Assembly: GCA_048772705.1 (NCBI GenBank)
Contig: JBLWGC010000041.1
Coordinates: forward strand, 1 to 64,000
DNA: 64,000 nucleotides
Source of the DNA: Leidyana gryllorum EB-2025a
Taxonomy: Eukaryota > Protista > Apicomplexa
Reading direction: 5' to 3'
The position numbers and the translations under genes are program-made. Positions 17,316 to 28,483 of the stretch are shown here, one piece after another. Below the pieces are notes generated by a model. The model was not told the DNA's origin. It saw only the letters and a list, made by a program, of their open reading frames with translations, and ran no database searches. Within the stretch, counting starts at the first letter, position 1. Each line of letters starts with the position of its first letter.

Positions 17316-18683
17316 TCACCCAACGAGTTCGGCAATGAGTGAACTCATTCTGGCTTTCCCCTCGTCTTGCACGATCTGGCGCTGCCGAAAGTGTAATCCG
17401 GCGGCTTGTGACCGTATGTGAGGATCACTCAGTATATCCTTTATAGTGAGTGAAACCTGGTGTCGACCAAGACGTCGCGGCCATCTGCCCTCCCAAAGCG
17501 TTTTGCCAATCTGCCATATCTTCTCGGCAATTTCGGCATTCATATGCTGTTCTGAGCCCGACGGCAGGAACACTTTCGGTTGTGGGGACAGTGAGACGCT
17601 CTCCACCAGACTGTTCCAGCCACAGTGCGTCACGAATAGCGCCAGAGCAGGATGTCGCAGCACAGCGGCTTGGTCGACCCAATTTACTATCCTCAATTTC
17701 TCCCCCAGCCGTTCCACTACACTGAGAGGCAATCCGTGCTCAGGATGCCTTCCTCCTTCGTCCAGATCGATCGCTCGGTCATCAAACATGTCGGGAGCCA
17801 TTGGTGGCGACTTTGTTCTCCCCTTCAGTACCCACAACACGGACTTCCCCGTCTCTGCCAAACCTTCTGCTAACTCCACTAGATCAGCCGCTACCAATTC
17901 AACCCAGGTTCCGAGCGATACGAAGATCACACTGTCCGGTCCTTGAGCAGTCATCCACTCCAAGTATGAAGCCTCAGGTACTTCCACATTGCTCCTCGTC
18001 GTGATATACTCATCATAGTATCCCATGAGATGAACGTGCCCCACACCAAATGGACTCGACTTGACGAACACTTCCTCCTTGAATTCATTTGACAACTCCA
18101 AAATCCCGGGCTCCACGGGATTGTTATTCGTTATCACACTCCGTACTCTCCGTAACAATTCTTCTCGAAGTTTCGCCATCACCGGAATATGTGGAGCTCG
18201 AACTATTGGAGCGCAGTCCGACGGCAATCGCCCAATGCCGGGAATGTCCAACACGTCACCATTCAGATCCACAGCCTGGAACGCCCGCCCTTGAGCCCAC
18301 AGCCAGTAACACTGCAGAGGAGAAGTGAAAATGACAGTGTCGCGAACACCGATAGCATTGGCAACATAAGGCCCCCACGGCGTCAGCGCGTCCCATATGA
18401 CAGACACTGGTGTCACTTTCTTCAAGCCCTCCCTCACATAGCCAAGAAACTCCTCGCTCTCAAATACGTCCAGCCTGCCCTTGGCGAATTCCGGCATTTG
18501 CATCAGAATGAACTTGACCGATGGAAAGTCTCGCATCAATCTCACATCTACTCCTTCACTGGTGAAGTAAGTTACGTAGACCTCTACTTCACCACAGCCA
18601 TGGTCCATCAATGCTTGGGCAAATGCACAGATAGGCCGTGTATGCCCAAATGCGTCATGCGTCAAAATCAAAACTTCCTTCAT
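17316..18683 (-). CDS. UDP-glycosyltransferase, copy 5
   Basis: AFGHTRP, IWDA, SVIFVSLGT, WVDQ..HCGWNS..SEQ. Confidence 0.95.
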   Translation of the reverse strand: MKEVLILTHDAFGHTRPICAFAQALMDHGCGEVEVYVTYFTSEGVDVRLMRDFPSVKFILMQMPEFAKGRLDVFESEEFLGYVREGLKKVTPVSVIWDALTPWGPYVANAIGVRDTVIFTSPLQCYWLWAQGRAFQAVDLNGDVLDIPGIGRLPSDCAPIVRAPHIPVMAKLREELLRRVRSVITNNNPVEPGILELSNEFKEEVFVKSSPFGVGHVHLMGYYDEYITTRSNVEVPEASYLEWMTAQGPDSVIFVSLGTWVELVAADLVELAEGLAETGKSVLWVLKGRTKSPPMAPDMFDDRAIDLDEGGRHPEHGLPLSVVERLGEKLRIVNWVDQAAVLRHPALALFVTHCGWNSLVESVSLSPQPKVFLPSGSEQHMNAEIAEKIWQIGKTLWEGRWPRRLGRHQVSLTIKDILSDPHIRSQAAGLHFRQRQIVQDEGKARMSSLIAELVG

Positions 18684-18834
18684 TCTGCCGTAATGTAATT
18701 ATATATTGTCTTTCCGCCATTTACTTCCACCCCATACATCGACTTTGCAATTCATCAAGAGCGATTGACTTCATCTAAGGCAAGTTCTCAATAAGAAACA
18801 GCAAAACGGGGACACCCCACATGGAAGAGTATGT

Positions 18835-21237
18835 CTAATTATGTGTCTGCTGGATGTCACTGCCAGCTTCTTCTGCTCCCCACTTATGTGCACAACGGTA
18901 TATTCGTAACTGCTCGGTCGAAACCACATCGGCAGAATCACGTGCCCATCCGTCGCCGACTAAGCTGGACTCGGTCTTTCTCACTCTACCACAGATCAGC
19001 TCCTCCCACCATGCCCAGTTCGTTCCGCCATAGGTCAAACGAGCGCAACTCACAACACGGATCTCCTGACACTGACGCAGCTCTGGATGAAGCAAAATGA
19101 TGTCTCGCAAGGCCCGAACCTCGGCCTCGACAGCCGTCTTGGCTTCCAATTCGGTCACTTGCCAGAGTTGCGGAAGGTCGAGTTGCACTGTGACGCGACG
19201 AAGAGGCTTTTTCCTGACCTCCACTTGACCTATATCAATGAGGATGGGGGAGTTCTCCACCGAAGTGGCTGTCGTTGTGGTATCCATTCGCGAGAGATCA
19301 AAAGCCGATGTAGGGGAGGAAACCCCACACTTCGAATCACTGACCAGGCTTCCAAATCTCAGTGCCAGTAGGACGGCACGATGCACTGGATCGGTAGGCG
19401 TTATATGTTTCAACAGCAGCTTATTAATTTGATCGCCGTAGACCAGCGGCGCTGTCGCAAGACCCTCTATGGTGCGATTCTCCCAGTGGGTACCTATCGG
19501 TCCAGTCCCTTCTCTTTCAGGGTCGTGGGGATCAAATGACATCACCAACATTGCGGCATCTGCATCATAGAATGGCGCCATGTCTTCCGCTGTCAGAGCA
19601 CTGTATCGATTTAACATTTCCGGTGAAAGGTCACAGCACCTCAACCACTGACTAACTCTCTCCATTTGACGGAATGTCCACTCGCGGATCAGGTCCACCT
19701 CATACGGCGTGCGATGGCTCGCCATCTTCAGCATTAGCTTCCTTGTCTGCAGTATAATCGGGCGTCTGAAGAATGCACTGATCATTTCTTGCAGACGCCA
19801 AAGCTCCGCTGCAGATTCCACCGTTCTCAATTGAAGCCTTATCAAAGCACTGAAAGCCGTGCGTTTGTCCCTCCTCTCCTCGGTAATAAGCGACAAGAGC
19901 TTGAACAGGGGGCTGTCATGACGGATCGGCGGATTCACGATGACGTGGTCGAGGCAAAGCGTCTCCAATTGAGGGCAAAAGGCGAAGCAATTCTCCATCA
20001 TGGGAGTAACCCAACGGCATGCGTCATCAAAATTGCCGACCCGAATGGCTAATCTCTTGAGCTTCGGGAAACCTTCTGGGGTCCACAGTAAACCATTAAA
20101 GGGTCCCATCCAAAACTGCTCGATTGCCTTCTGAAGCTCCCTTTCAGCGCTGTCAGCCTCACCACTCTCTCGGAGTGGGCTCATGAGGAATGCCCACCGA
20201 CTGTAGGGTGAGATATGGAAGCTCAATATCTGCATCAGCTTTGTTCCGAGTTCACTGATAGACAGGGGGCACTCTGTCGGACCACATGCTGAAGTCTGTA
20301 GCCTTGGTCTTGGCTCTGCATCCCGGCTATCAGTCATTGCAGGGGACATGATGATGGCTCCGCCGAGCTCTAAAGACTCCAGTTCCGGAAAGTTGCGCAC
20401 CCCGAAAGCACGTAGGATGGTGAGGAAGTGCGACAATCCCCACCCGGTGAACTTGAGACTTTTCAGCTTCGGGAAGCTAGGTCCAAATCCACCGGTTAGT
20501 CCTTGTGTCAGGATAGGAGACAAGCGTTCGCCAGCCTTCCCCATCAAGTCTCCAAGAACCCTGGTCCCAGCCAACTCCCAACACTGAGTATGCTCAATCT
20601 GCGAGGGTTGACATTGGGGGCACCAGATGCACATCGTGGATGAACGAGGTTCTTGCTGGACATCCTGCGGGCAGGCAGCTATGATATCGCGCGGGCACAC
20701 ACGACTTGGGCCTTGATGCCAAGCCAACGGAGTACTATCGAACATTTGAAGATCCACATTTTCCAGAGTCTCCACATTCAGAAAGAGGAGGAAGATAAGA
20801 TCAACAAAGGATGTATCATGGGGCAATGGAATATGCTCGGGTCTGAGACCAGGAGCTGGAACCTGCCAGTCTGGGGTAACAGCCAAAGGTAGTTGTCGGT
20901 AAAAATATGGATGATGAACCTTCAGCTGCTTGGGGGACCTGTCATGAAGAATGCAAGTGATACGGCCGCGGCGGCCAAGGACTTCGCGTAAGACACTGTC
21001 ATTGTTGAGAAAGATGTGGGTGAAGTGCGCGGGGTAAGCAACTGCATCGTCGCGAGCAAACCAGTGACGACGAACACGTTGTCGCAGGGGAAATGTCAAG
21101 TGTAATGAATTAGGGCTCCAGAAATGTCTAATTGCACGGAATAATGTGGAGCTAGCGACCGCCAGCTTCGGGGCTTCCTCAAGCCCGAGGAAGTCGACGA
21201 TTCGGAGGGTCGCCGCAAGTGGAACCGAATCAAGCAT
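18835..21237 (-). CDS. F-box-like protein with degenerate leucine-rich repeats (~800 aa)
   Basis: N-terminal LDSVPLAATLRIVDFLGLEEAPKLAVASSTLFRAI resembles an F-box. LRR-like FPKLKSLKF, FPELESLEL, FPKLKRLAI, CPQLETLCL. Confidence 0.7.
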   Translation of the reverse strand: MLDSVPLAATLRIVDFLGLEEAPKLAVASSTLFRAIRHFWSPNSLHLTFPLRQRVRRHWFARDDAVAYPAHFTHIFLNNDSVLREVLGRRGRITCILHDRSPKQLKVHHPYFYRQLPLAVTPDWQVPAPGLRPEHIPLPHDTSFVDLIFLLFLNVETLENVDLQMFDSTPLAWHQGPSRVCPRDIIAACPQDVQQEPRSSTMCIWCPQCQPSQIEHTQCWELAGTRVLGDLMGKAGERLSPILTQGLTGGFGPSFPKLKSLKFTGWGLSHFLTILRAFGVRNFPELESLELGGAIIMSPAMTDSRDAEPRPRLQTSACGPTECPLSISELGTKLMQILSFHISPYSRWAFLMSPLRESGEADSAERELQKAIEQFWMGPFNGLLWTPEGFPKLKRLAIRVGNFDDACRWVTPMMENCFAFCPQLETLCLDHVIVNPPIRHDSPLFKLLSLITEERRDKRTAFSALIRLQLRTVESAAELWRLQEMISAFFRRPIILQTRKLMLKMASHRTPYEVDLIREWTFRQMERVSQWLRCCDLSPEMLNRYSALTAEDMAPFYDADAAMLVMSFDPHDPEREGTGPIGTHWENRTIEGLATAPLVYGDQINKLLLKHITPTDPVHRAVLLALRFGSLVSDSKCGVSSPTSAFDLSRMDTTTTATSVENSPILIDIGQVEVRKKPLRRVTVQLDLPQLWQVTELEAKTAVEAEVRALRDIILLHPELRQCQEIRVVSCARLTYGGTNWAWWEELICGRVRKTESSLVGDGWARDSADVVSTEQLRIYRCAHKWGAEEAGSDIQQTHN

Positions 21238-21265
21238 GATGAAGGTCCGCGCACACGTGTGTGCT

Positions 21266-21784
21266 ATGTCAGACAAAGAGGTGGCGGATCCAGCACAACT
21301 CGTGCAGTATGAAGCCGAAGTAGCCGTGGAAGAACTGCCCGAAGGGTTCTACGGCGAAGATGGCTACTACTATTATTATGTTTATCAAGAGGCGGACCCA
21401 GATGCTTCCCATACGGGAGACACACAGGAGTTTGACCAGACAGGTGTGGAAGCCGTTGCCCCAGCTCGCGGGCTGAGTCGCAGACTAAGCGCGCAACCGC
21501 GTCGCGTGCGGTCTTTCCGTACACATGCCGCACAAGAAGCGGAAAGAGAACGCGAGGAATACTTGGCCTTAATTCGGAACTGGGTGGATGTAGACAACAT
21601 CCGCCCCACCGGCACTCCACGGCGTGCAACATCTGTGCGTTACTTGGTGCGGGGTGAACTAGTGTTGAGCTTCCTGCGCCGTGATCTTGATAATCGATTC
21701 CCTTACCCCGACGCAGATTCACCATATTACCAGCCATTGATGAACATTAGATTACCCGAGCCAGAACATCCCAATCAGTCCTAA
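21266..21784 (+). CDS. Hypothetical acidic protein (172 aa)
   Basis: ATG 21266; protein-like composition; fills the gap between neighbours exactly. No family recognised. Confidence 0.6.
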   Translation: MSDKEVADPAQLVQYEAEVAVEELPEGFYGEDGYYYYYVYQEADPDASHTGDTQEFDQTGVEAVAPARGLSRRLSAQPRRVRSFRTHAAQEAEREREEYLALIRNWVDVDNIRPTGTPRRATSVRYLVRGELVLSFLRRDLDNRFPYPDADSPYYQPLMNIRLPEPEHPNQS

Positions 21785-21787
21785 TAT

Positions 21788-24106
21788 TCAGTCTCCAGAT
21801 GACATAGTGTCCTCATTGGCTACCGTTTCAGCGGTTTGTTGATGTTCATTGGGCTCCAGATCACCAACAGTCGAAGAGTTTTCCTCCTCTTCGGCTTCGC
21901 TACTTCCGCTGCCGTCTGAGTCGTCTGCAGGTTCTCCCTCGCTTTCTTCGGCGCGGGTGTATTCAGGATTGTTCATCATCAGCATAGGAATGTCGGTGGA
22001 AGCTATGTCTGTGGTTGGTGCTGTGCTGGACTTCTGTATTCTGAGTGCCTTCAGCCCAGCCACTTCTCGCTTCCGCCACTTCTGCAATACTTTGAAGCTG
22101 TCAGAGTACAACTGACGCAGAAGCTCGAAGAAAACTCCGCCTTTAGTCCGTGGTTGACCGTCAGCGCGCGTCATACCGCCTCTTCTAACAACACGAACCG
22201 TTTCCTCGACGAGGTTCAAGAAGTCGTTAACGCCCAATACCTCCAGAACAGTCATAGTAACCCGTATCTGATGGACAGGTTCTTCCAAGTATGTTAAAAG
22301 GAATCGGCAGAAGACTAATCGGTGTAGCAGATTGACCGTCAACAGCCCTTGCTGTTTTTGCAAGAGGTCCAGGAGCAGCTTGGTGGACACGTTGATTTGG
22401 ACAGGGCTTTCCTTCTCATCCACAACCTCCACCATCTCGGCGCCCTTGCTGACTCCTTTCATCTGTTTCTCGGAGTACTTGGGGAGTCTTCTACACGGGT
22501 CGTTATTCAGTAAAATGACCAGAGGATCACGACAGAGATACACAGCGATGTACTGGCGGAGCAATGACATCAGCGACTGTGTGAGGAGGACTTACCGTGG
22601 GAGTTGCCCCTTTTTTCTCCGCAAGGTGCTCGATCTCGACATATGGGAATCGTTCGTTGTCTGGGCTGCCATGTGCAGCGAGATCAATGATCTCATTCAG
22701 ATCTTGATTCCTTGGGAGGATCAAACAGATGTTATCACAGATCCTACAGATTGTACAGAACGATTAGTGTGCGCGATTAATCTCGATGATGATACTCACT
22801 TCATGGTCGCTTGTATCAGAGCGATGAGGTCGCAGAAATCTTGCACACCCATATTGAATGCGTATAAATGACGGTACTCGGGACCGCCCCATGGAGGTGA
22901 CAGAACAGCCCAACTATAGGGTCTCCATAATTTAGAGCGTGGGGCCTCATGCCGTAGCACCGTGGTTTGTTGCCCTTTGACTATTACTGGCATTTCGACG
23001 ATCTCAGTCCACTTCTTGGTGGTAACTTGGCGAACTTTGTCATTGGCGAATGTGATGATGTCAGCAGTGTAGAACTCCATTCCCTGCTCCACACCGTAAA
23101 CAGCTGCGTTGGTGCGGCACAGATCCACTTTGGATTCCATCACGTCGACTGCATGAACGCGGGTGCCACTGCACTGAGCCAAAGCGATCGCGTCTCCTCC
23201 AACGCCACAGCAAGCGGCCAAGACTGGTCGCACAGTGTTAGTCTCTTTGACGGGCTGGGGAGGTTCGACCTTAGGCTCTTGGGTGCCCGGTGCTTTACGT
23301 TTTCGAGACTTCTTCTTCTTCTTCTTCACCCCCGAGGGGTCTTCGCCAGCCTCCACGGCAACGGTTTTGGCGATTCGCTTGGCAATGTGTAGGGCCATGT
23401 GCTCCGGTGACACCTCAAACCAGGCTGACGGATCCATCGCGATCCCTTCGTCGAACTTGGTGAAGTAACGATGGCGATTCTTCCAAGCCTTAACACTTGG
23501 ACATCCATGCAGAACACGAGATCGATCAACATCTGATCCTAACTCGTAAGCAGTAACTTGGCCCTCTTCCTCATCGTCGTTGATCTCAAAGACGAAAGGG
23601 TTGTCAGAGGAGGCGGCTGAGGGCGGCGGTGCCGAAGACAGCGGAGGGGCGTCTGGCTGATGCTCAGTGACTGATGTGGGCGAGTCTTCAATCTCAACAG
23701 CTTCATTTTCTGGTATTCTGCGCTTCTTGGCGGGCGGTGGTGAGTCCGGCGGTTCCGACTGTCGCTGCTCGACTTGATGTTCTGACTTGCCGTCGATAGG
23801 GTTTGTTGGGGTTTGAGCCGGTTTTACGACAGAGTAGCGTGTATATTTGATGGCAGCACTGAAAATCTCATCTCGGTCGCCTTCAGCGAGGACGACTGAT
23901 GGTTGATCCGTGTCTTCCCCTTCTTCAATTTCGATAACCGCCGCCTTAGCTTGGAAAAGGGTCTGACGGTCAAAGACGCCGCGGGTGAGAGACTCAAGCT
24001 CAAGGTTTGTCGAAGGGGTAAGGGCTAAGCTCAACGGTGGGGCTGTGTCCGAAACCGCTCTGAGTGGCTTTTGGTGAAGGAAGCGTTTTTGTCGGAGAGG
24101 GCCCAT
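21788..24106 (-). CDS. TGS1: Trimethylguanosine synthase fused to a PHAX-type RNA-binding domain (spliced)
   Basis: RHRYFTKFDEGIAMDPSAWFEVSPE, CCGVGGD and SPPWGGPEY. Introns 22799-22744 and 22595-22553 join in frame ..ILPRNQDL..VEIE..YIAVY.. and then RTKGGVFFELLR (PHAX RBD-like). Confidence 0.85.
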
Positions 24107-24236
24107 AGCTGAAGGACCTCAGCAGATACTCGGCCTACTGCGAGAGAGGAGAGGTGTGCGTGCTGGGACGCGGGTGTTGAGGGGGAGGCAGGGGGGGTCC
24201 AGCTTTGGTTTTTGGGTGGCTGAAAATTTGCGGCGG

Positions 24237-27116
24237 ATGATTTCCTCAAACGCACTGGGCTTGTCAGAACTAGCGGGTAGGAACGGGCCCAACTCTATGG
24301 GGCCTAACCCAATGGGTGGGTACTACCAGCAGCAGCAGAAGAGCGAGTTCCCTACTGCTGGTGGTCCAGAATCACTGAGGATCTATCATCCCAACCAGTA
24401 CACCCAGCCGCCGGCGGTGGAGCCTCCCAAGTACAGGCCGACCGAGTACAACCAGAGTCGTCCCTACGGCTCTACGGTGCCTCCCCAGCCGACCGGCCCG
24501 TTCCGTGGCGGATATCGTGGTGGCTACATGGCCCCTCGCGTCCCTTACGCTGGTAACACTCGCTACGACAACTTCATGCCAAGATCGGAGGAGCTGCCCC
24601 CGAACTCCAACGTTCTACTTGGAGGGATGGAAGAGAATTGGATGCGTCAGGAGAAGCAAAAGGAGCGTCGAGCCCCTCGTGACATGTACAACACTCGGGA
24701 GTACTTCTCTGGTAAGACAAATTGGATTCAATAAAGCCGCAGCTCCCTTCACGGTTTCTACAGAATCCAATCCCTCGGTGTGGACTCTGCCTCTGCATGA
24801 GGCCCACAACAAGAGTGCTCGGCTGGACTTTGCGTCGCCCAACGAAGTCAAGATGGCTTCACAGGTCGCCGCGGAGTTTGCGTACCACTACTTCCATCTG
24901 ATGCAGACGCAGCCCCAAATGTTGCACTGCTTCTACTGTGCCGACTCTCAGGTGGCCCACGGATCGTCGATCTTGACGGTCAACCGCTGGAACCGTGCCG
25001 TTGGCGAGAAAGAAATCGAGATCTTCTTCCGTGATCTGCTCAAGTACGAAGGCTCGAACACCTCTTTGATCCAACGCTCTCATGTCAAGACTCTCGAGGC
25101 TCAACCAACCAAAGATGGTGGAATCGTTATGCAAGCAACTGGTGTTGTGGAGACCCGTGATCTTGGTACACGCCCGTTTGCTCACACAATTGTGATGCAC
25201 AGGGCCCCCGAAGCGGGCTCTTACGTCGTCCTGCACGACATTTTTGTGTTCCTTGACGACTTGTCCGTCGAGACCAATGGTGCCATGGGTGTAACTCTCA
25301 CTCGTGAAAGTGTTCCTGCTACTACACAAACTGCCGTCAAGCAAGATGCTGCTACTTCTCCTCTGTTGGAACCTCACGAAGATGTTGCAGCTTGCAAAGC
25401 TCAACAACAGATCGAACCCGCTACTCAACCATCCACTCAAGAGCAAATCCACCTGGAACAGGACGAAGCGGACCAGGGCTCAGAGTCATACTCCGACGAT
25501 GTCCCTGCTGACGGACAGGAGCAAGAGCTCCTTCAGGAGGAGGACGATCTGCAGGCAGCCGATGAGGAAGACCCAGATGCTCAGGGAGAAGAGTACTCTG
25601 ACGAGGAAGAGGCTGGCGTGGACGACGGGGAGATGAGTGCAGACCATCATGTCCGACCTGTGGAGGAGGAAGACGACGAGGAGGAGGAAGAGATCGTAGA
25701 ACCTGAACAGATGCCTCCGGCTTCTCCCCACGTCGTCCAGGAAGAGTCGTCCGTTGCCGCTGCAGTGGATCCCGAGCCTGAAGTAGTCGAGGCTGCGGCC
25801 GTTTCACCACAGTCTGTCGTTGATGACAGAGAGGAAATTCAGGAAGTCGCATCGCAGTCGCCGCCTGCTGACTGGGAATCTCCTCCCACTGCTGACGCCA
25901 ACGCTCAATGGACAGAGCCGCCCGCTGCTCCTCCAGTTGAGGAGCCCGAAATCATCGCGCCACCTCCCGTGGCCGAGATTGAGCCTCAACCCAAAGAAGT
26001 TCCCCAGCCGCCTGTTCCGGAACCAGTCTCGCCTCCAGTTGAGAACGCCGTACCTCCTCCCCCGCCACCCTCCACTGAACCCGAGCCGGTGCCCCCTCCG
26101 AAGGTTGTCAAGACGTCGCCTTGGAAGACTGTGGCGCCGCCGCCCCGTGAGTACCAACCCATCTCCAGCGATGTCAGACATCCTGGTGCCCCAGCTGTCA
26201 CCAGCCGCCCCGTCGAAGATCCTATCGCATCCATCGATCACACCGTGAAGGTCGTCGCAGCCCCTGCCACTCAGGCTCCTGCACCGACCATCATTAGTCC
26301 AACGAAATTCACCGCCAATAGCTATGCCGCCAGGCTGCTTACTGGCGTCACTGACGGACCAAAACAGGTATGGCGTGGCGCAAGGGACTGACTCTTCTTC
26401 ACATCCGTCCATTCTCCACTGCAGAAAGGAGTCGTCTTGAAGCGCAGCTCAGAATCAGCTTCGACGTCTCCATCCACTCAGGAGCAACCTTCGGCTGAGA
26501 ACCCGGCCGGAAAGGCCATTTGGGTGTCTCAGCTGGAAGGCATCTCAGACACACAGATCGAAAAAGCCGTTGAGATGCGATTGAAGGGCTGTCCGGTGGA
26601 AGGACGTGTGGTGCGGATCGAGAGAATGAAGAACGGGCCTGCCGGAGTTATTGAGCTCGACAGTGAAGACTGCGTACCAATGTTGTTGGAACGTGGACTT
26701 TGTCTGGGTGGTCGAGAGGTCCGTATTGACCTCTATAAGCAGGGCAGCTCCCGCGAACCGTCGCCCAACCAGCCAGTGCGTCGGGGACCCCCCACTGTGA
26801 GCCGGTAAGTCGAGAGATAATCCTTCTTCACCTTTTTCGAATTGTGACATCCTTGTACAGCTTCGATCGGGAGCACCTGGCGGGAACCGGACCAGGAGAA
26901 GCTCAGGGCGGAATGTCGAGGGCCGGAGGCACACGGGGATGGAGACCACAGAGGGGAGGATGGAGAGGTGGAGCGGGTCGGGCAGCTCCATCGAGCAACA
27001 CTCACGAAGACACTTCCATGTCGCAAGCGATGCCAGCTGGTGACTGGGAAGTTGCTGGAAGAGGATCCCGCCGTGGAGGAGCAGGAGTTCGTCAGATCGC
27101 AACCCAGAGATCTTAA
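24237..27116 (+). CDS. G3BP: G3BP/Rasputin-like protein (NTF2 domain, acidic and Pro-rich linker, RRM, RGG tail)
   Basis: VAAEFAYHYFHLM..LHCFY..YVVLHDIF (NTF2), AIWVSQL..GVIELDS (RRM), RGGWRGG. In-frame introns 24712-24763, 26368-26424 and 26805-26860; start is 24237 or 24297. Confidence 0.85.
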
Positions 27117-27159
27117 GCCACCCTTTTTTGACAAGCCCACGCTGGTCTATATATGCCGC

Positions 27160-28483
27160 TCAAAACAGACGCCTAGTCTCACGAAGCCGCGGATGCCGCG
27201 GCCGCTCCGCCTGTAAGTACCCACCTTTGGGGCATTGTGGGGCCGTAATGGGGGGAAGGATGATATTCTCCTGTTCTGCAATTTCGCGTTGGACAACAAC
27301 GTCAACGGCGGAGTCGCAACGTGGCCGCTTGCGGCTGGGCCATTCAACTGTCGTCATAGAGTCTGCTGCGAGTCTCGCTTCTTTGGTAGCCGCTCTCTGA
27401 GCTGCCTCCAACCTCAGTCGGCCTTCAGCTCGCTCCAACCGTTTCCGCATCAATGCATTCTCTTCTCTACCTAGTTTCAGTTCCTCTTTTAGGGTTTGGC
27501 ACCGCTGGTGAATGCACAACAGCGTCTCAGTTGCGTTGTCAGGCTGCGTTTCGCCAAGGAATCAATAACAGACGGGCCGGTCGTTTCCTCGGCTCACGTG
27601 TAAGTTCAGATCGGAGAGCAGTGCTTCGAAATTCGAATCATTTGGATCGACCCAACTGAGGAGGAGCATGCAGGAACTGGCGTGAAGGACCGGACCACCA
27701 CGGCCAGCGACCAACTGTGATTATAAGACTCACTAATTGTGTCTATTTAACTTTCTCTGGAAGCTTCTAAGACGCCCAGCCACTTCATCTCTTTCGCGTC
27801 TACAGCGAAACCAGTGTGGAATGTGACTTTATATGGCAGGTCGGAGCCAACTCACCTGACAAACTCGAGTTCTGTCAGTTTGCGTTCTAATTGATTCTTC
27901 ACGCGTGACCTTTCCTCCTGAAACAATGAAGTTTATGACAATATGTGAAAGCCATCACATCACAATCTTCTTGGATCTTCCCCCTCCTCGCTTCACCGAT
28001 CGATCGCCCTCTTTGTCTCTCCGCGTGTCTTTGCGTGTGTTCGCGTGTGTTCGTGTCTCTCAGAGTGTGTCTTCCCCCCAGGACATACCTCAAGATCTGA
28101 TATTTGGGTTTTAGATTCTTCTTGTACGCGATTGCATTGATGTTTGAGTGTCTCTACTTTAGCCTGCGACGGTAGTCAGAGGCGGCTGGGGTTCAATGTT
28201 TTTCACAGACCTCCAGGGTATCGACTTGAGATTGCAGCCGTTTGGCCAGATCGCCTTGTATAGTGCGAGCGGGTTCCAGTTCGAAACACAGGTCAACAGC
28301 TTCTTTGGCTGTGGTGCGACATACGGGGCAGCAAGCGCTGGCTCCTTTTGTGGAGCGCCATTGGTCATAGCAACCTTTATGGAAAACGTGTCCACATTTG
28401 CGGGTAGCTACAAGTGTTTCCACGAGGGAGAGCATACAGATTGTGCAGGTGGGGGGGCAATACGCATTGAGATCATCGGCCAT
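27160..28483 (-). CDS. RING-finger/coiled-coil E3 ligase (TRAIP-like), multi-exon
   Basis: CTIC..CGHVFHKGC..W..CPVCR at the N-terminus, followed by coiled-coil exons; internal exons only partly traced. Confidence 0.75.

Noticed and set aside
8647-18683. UGT island as plant or bacterial contamination
   Set aside because: It is contiguous with protist genes, has similar base composition and gene packing, and carries a family-specific PSPG insertion. Read-level confirmation is still advisable.
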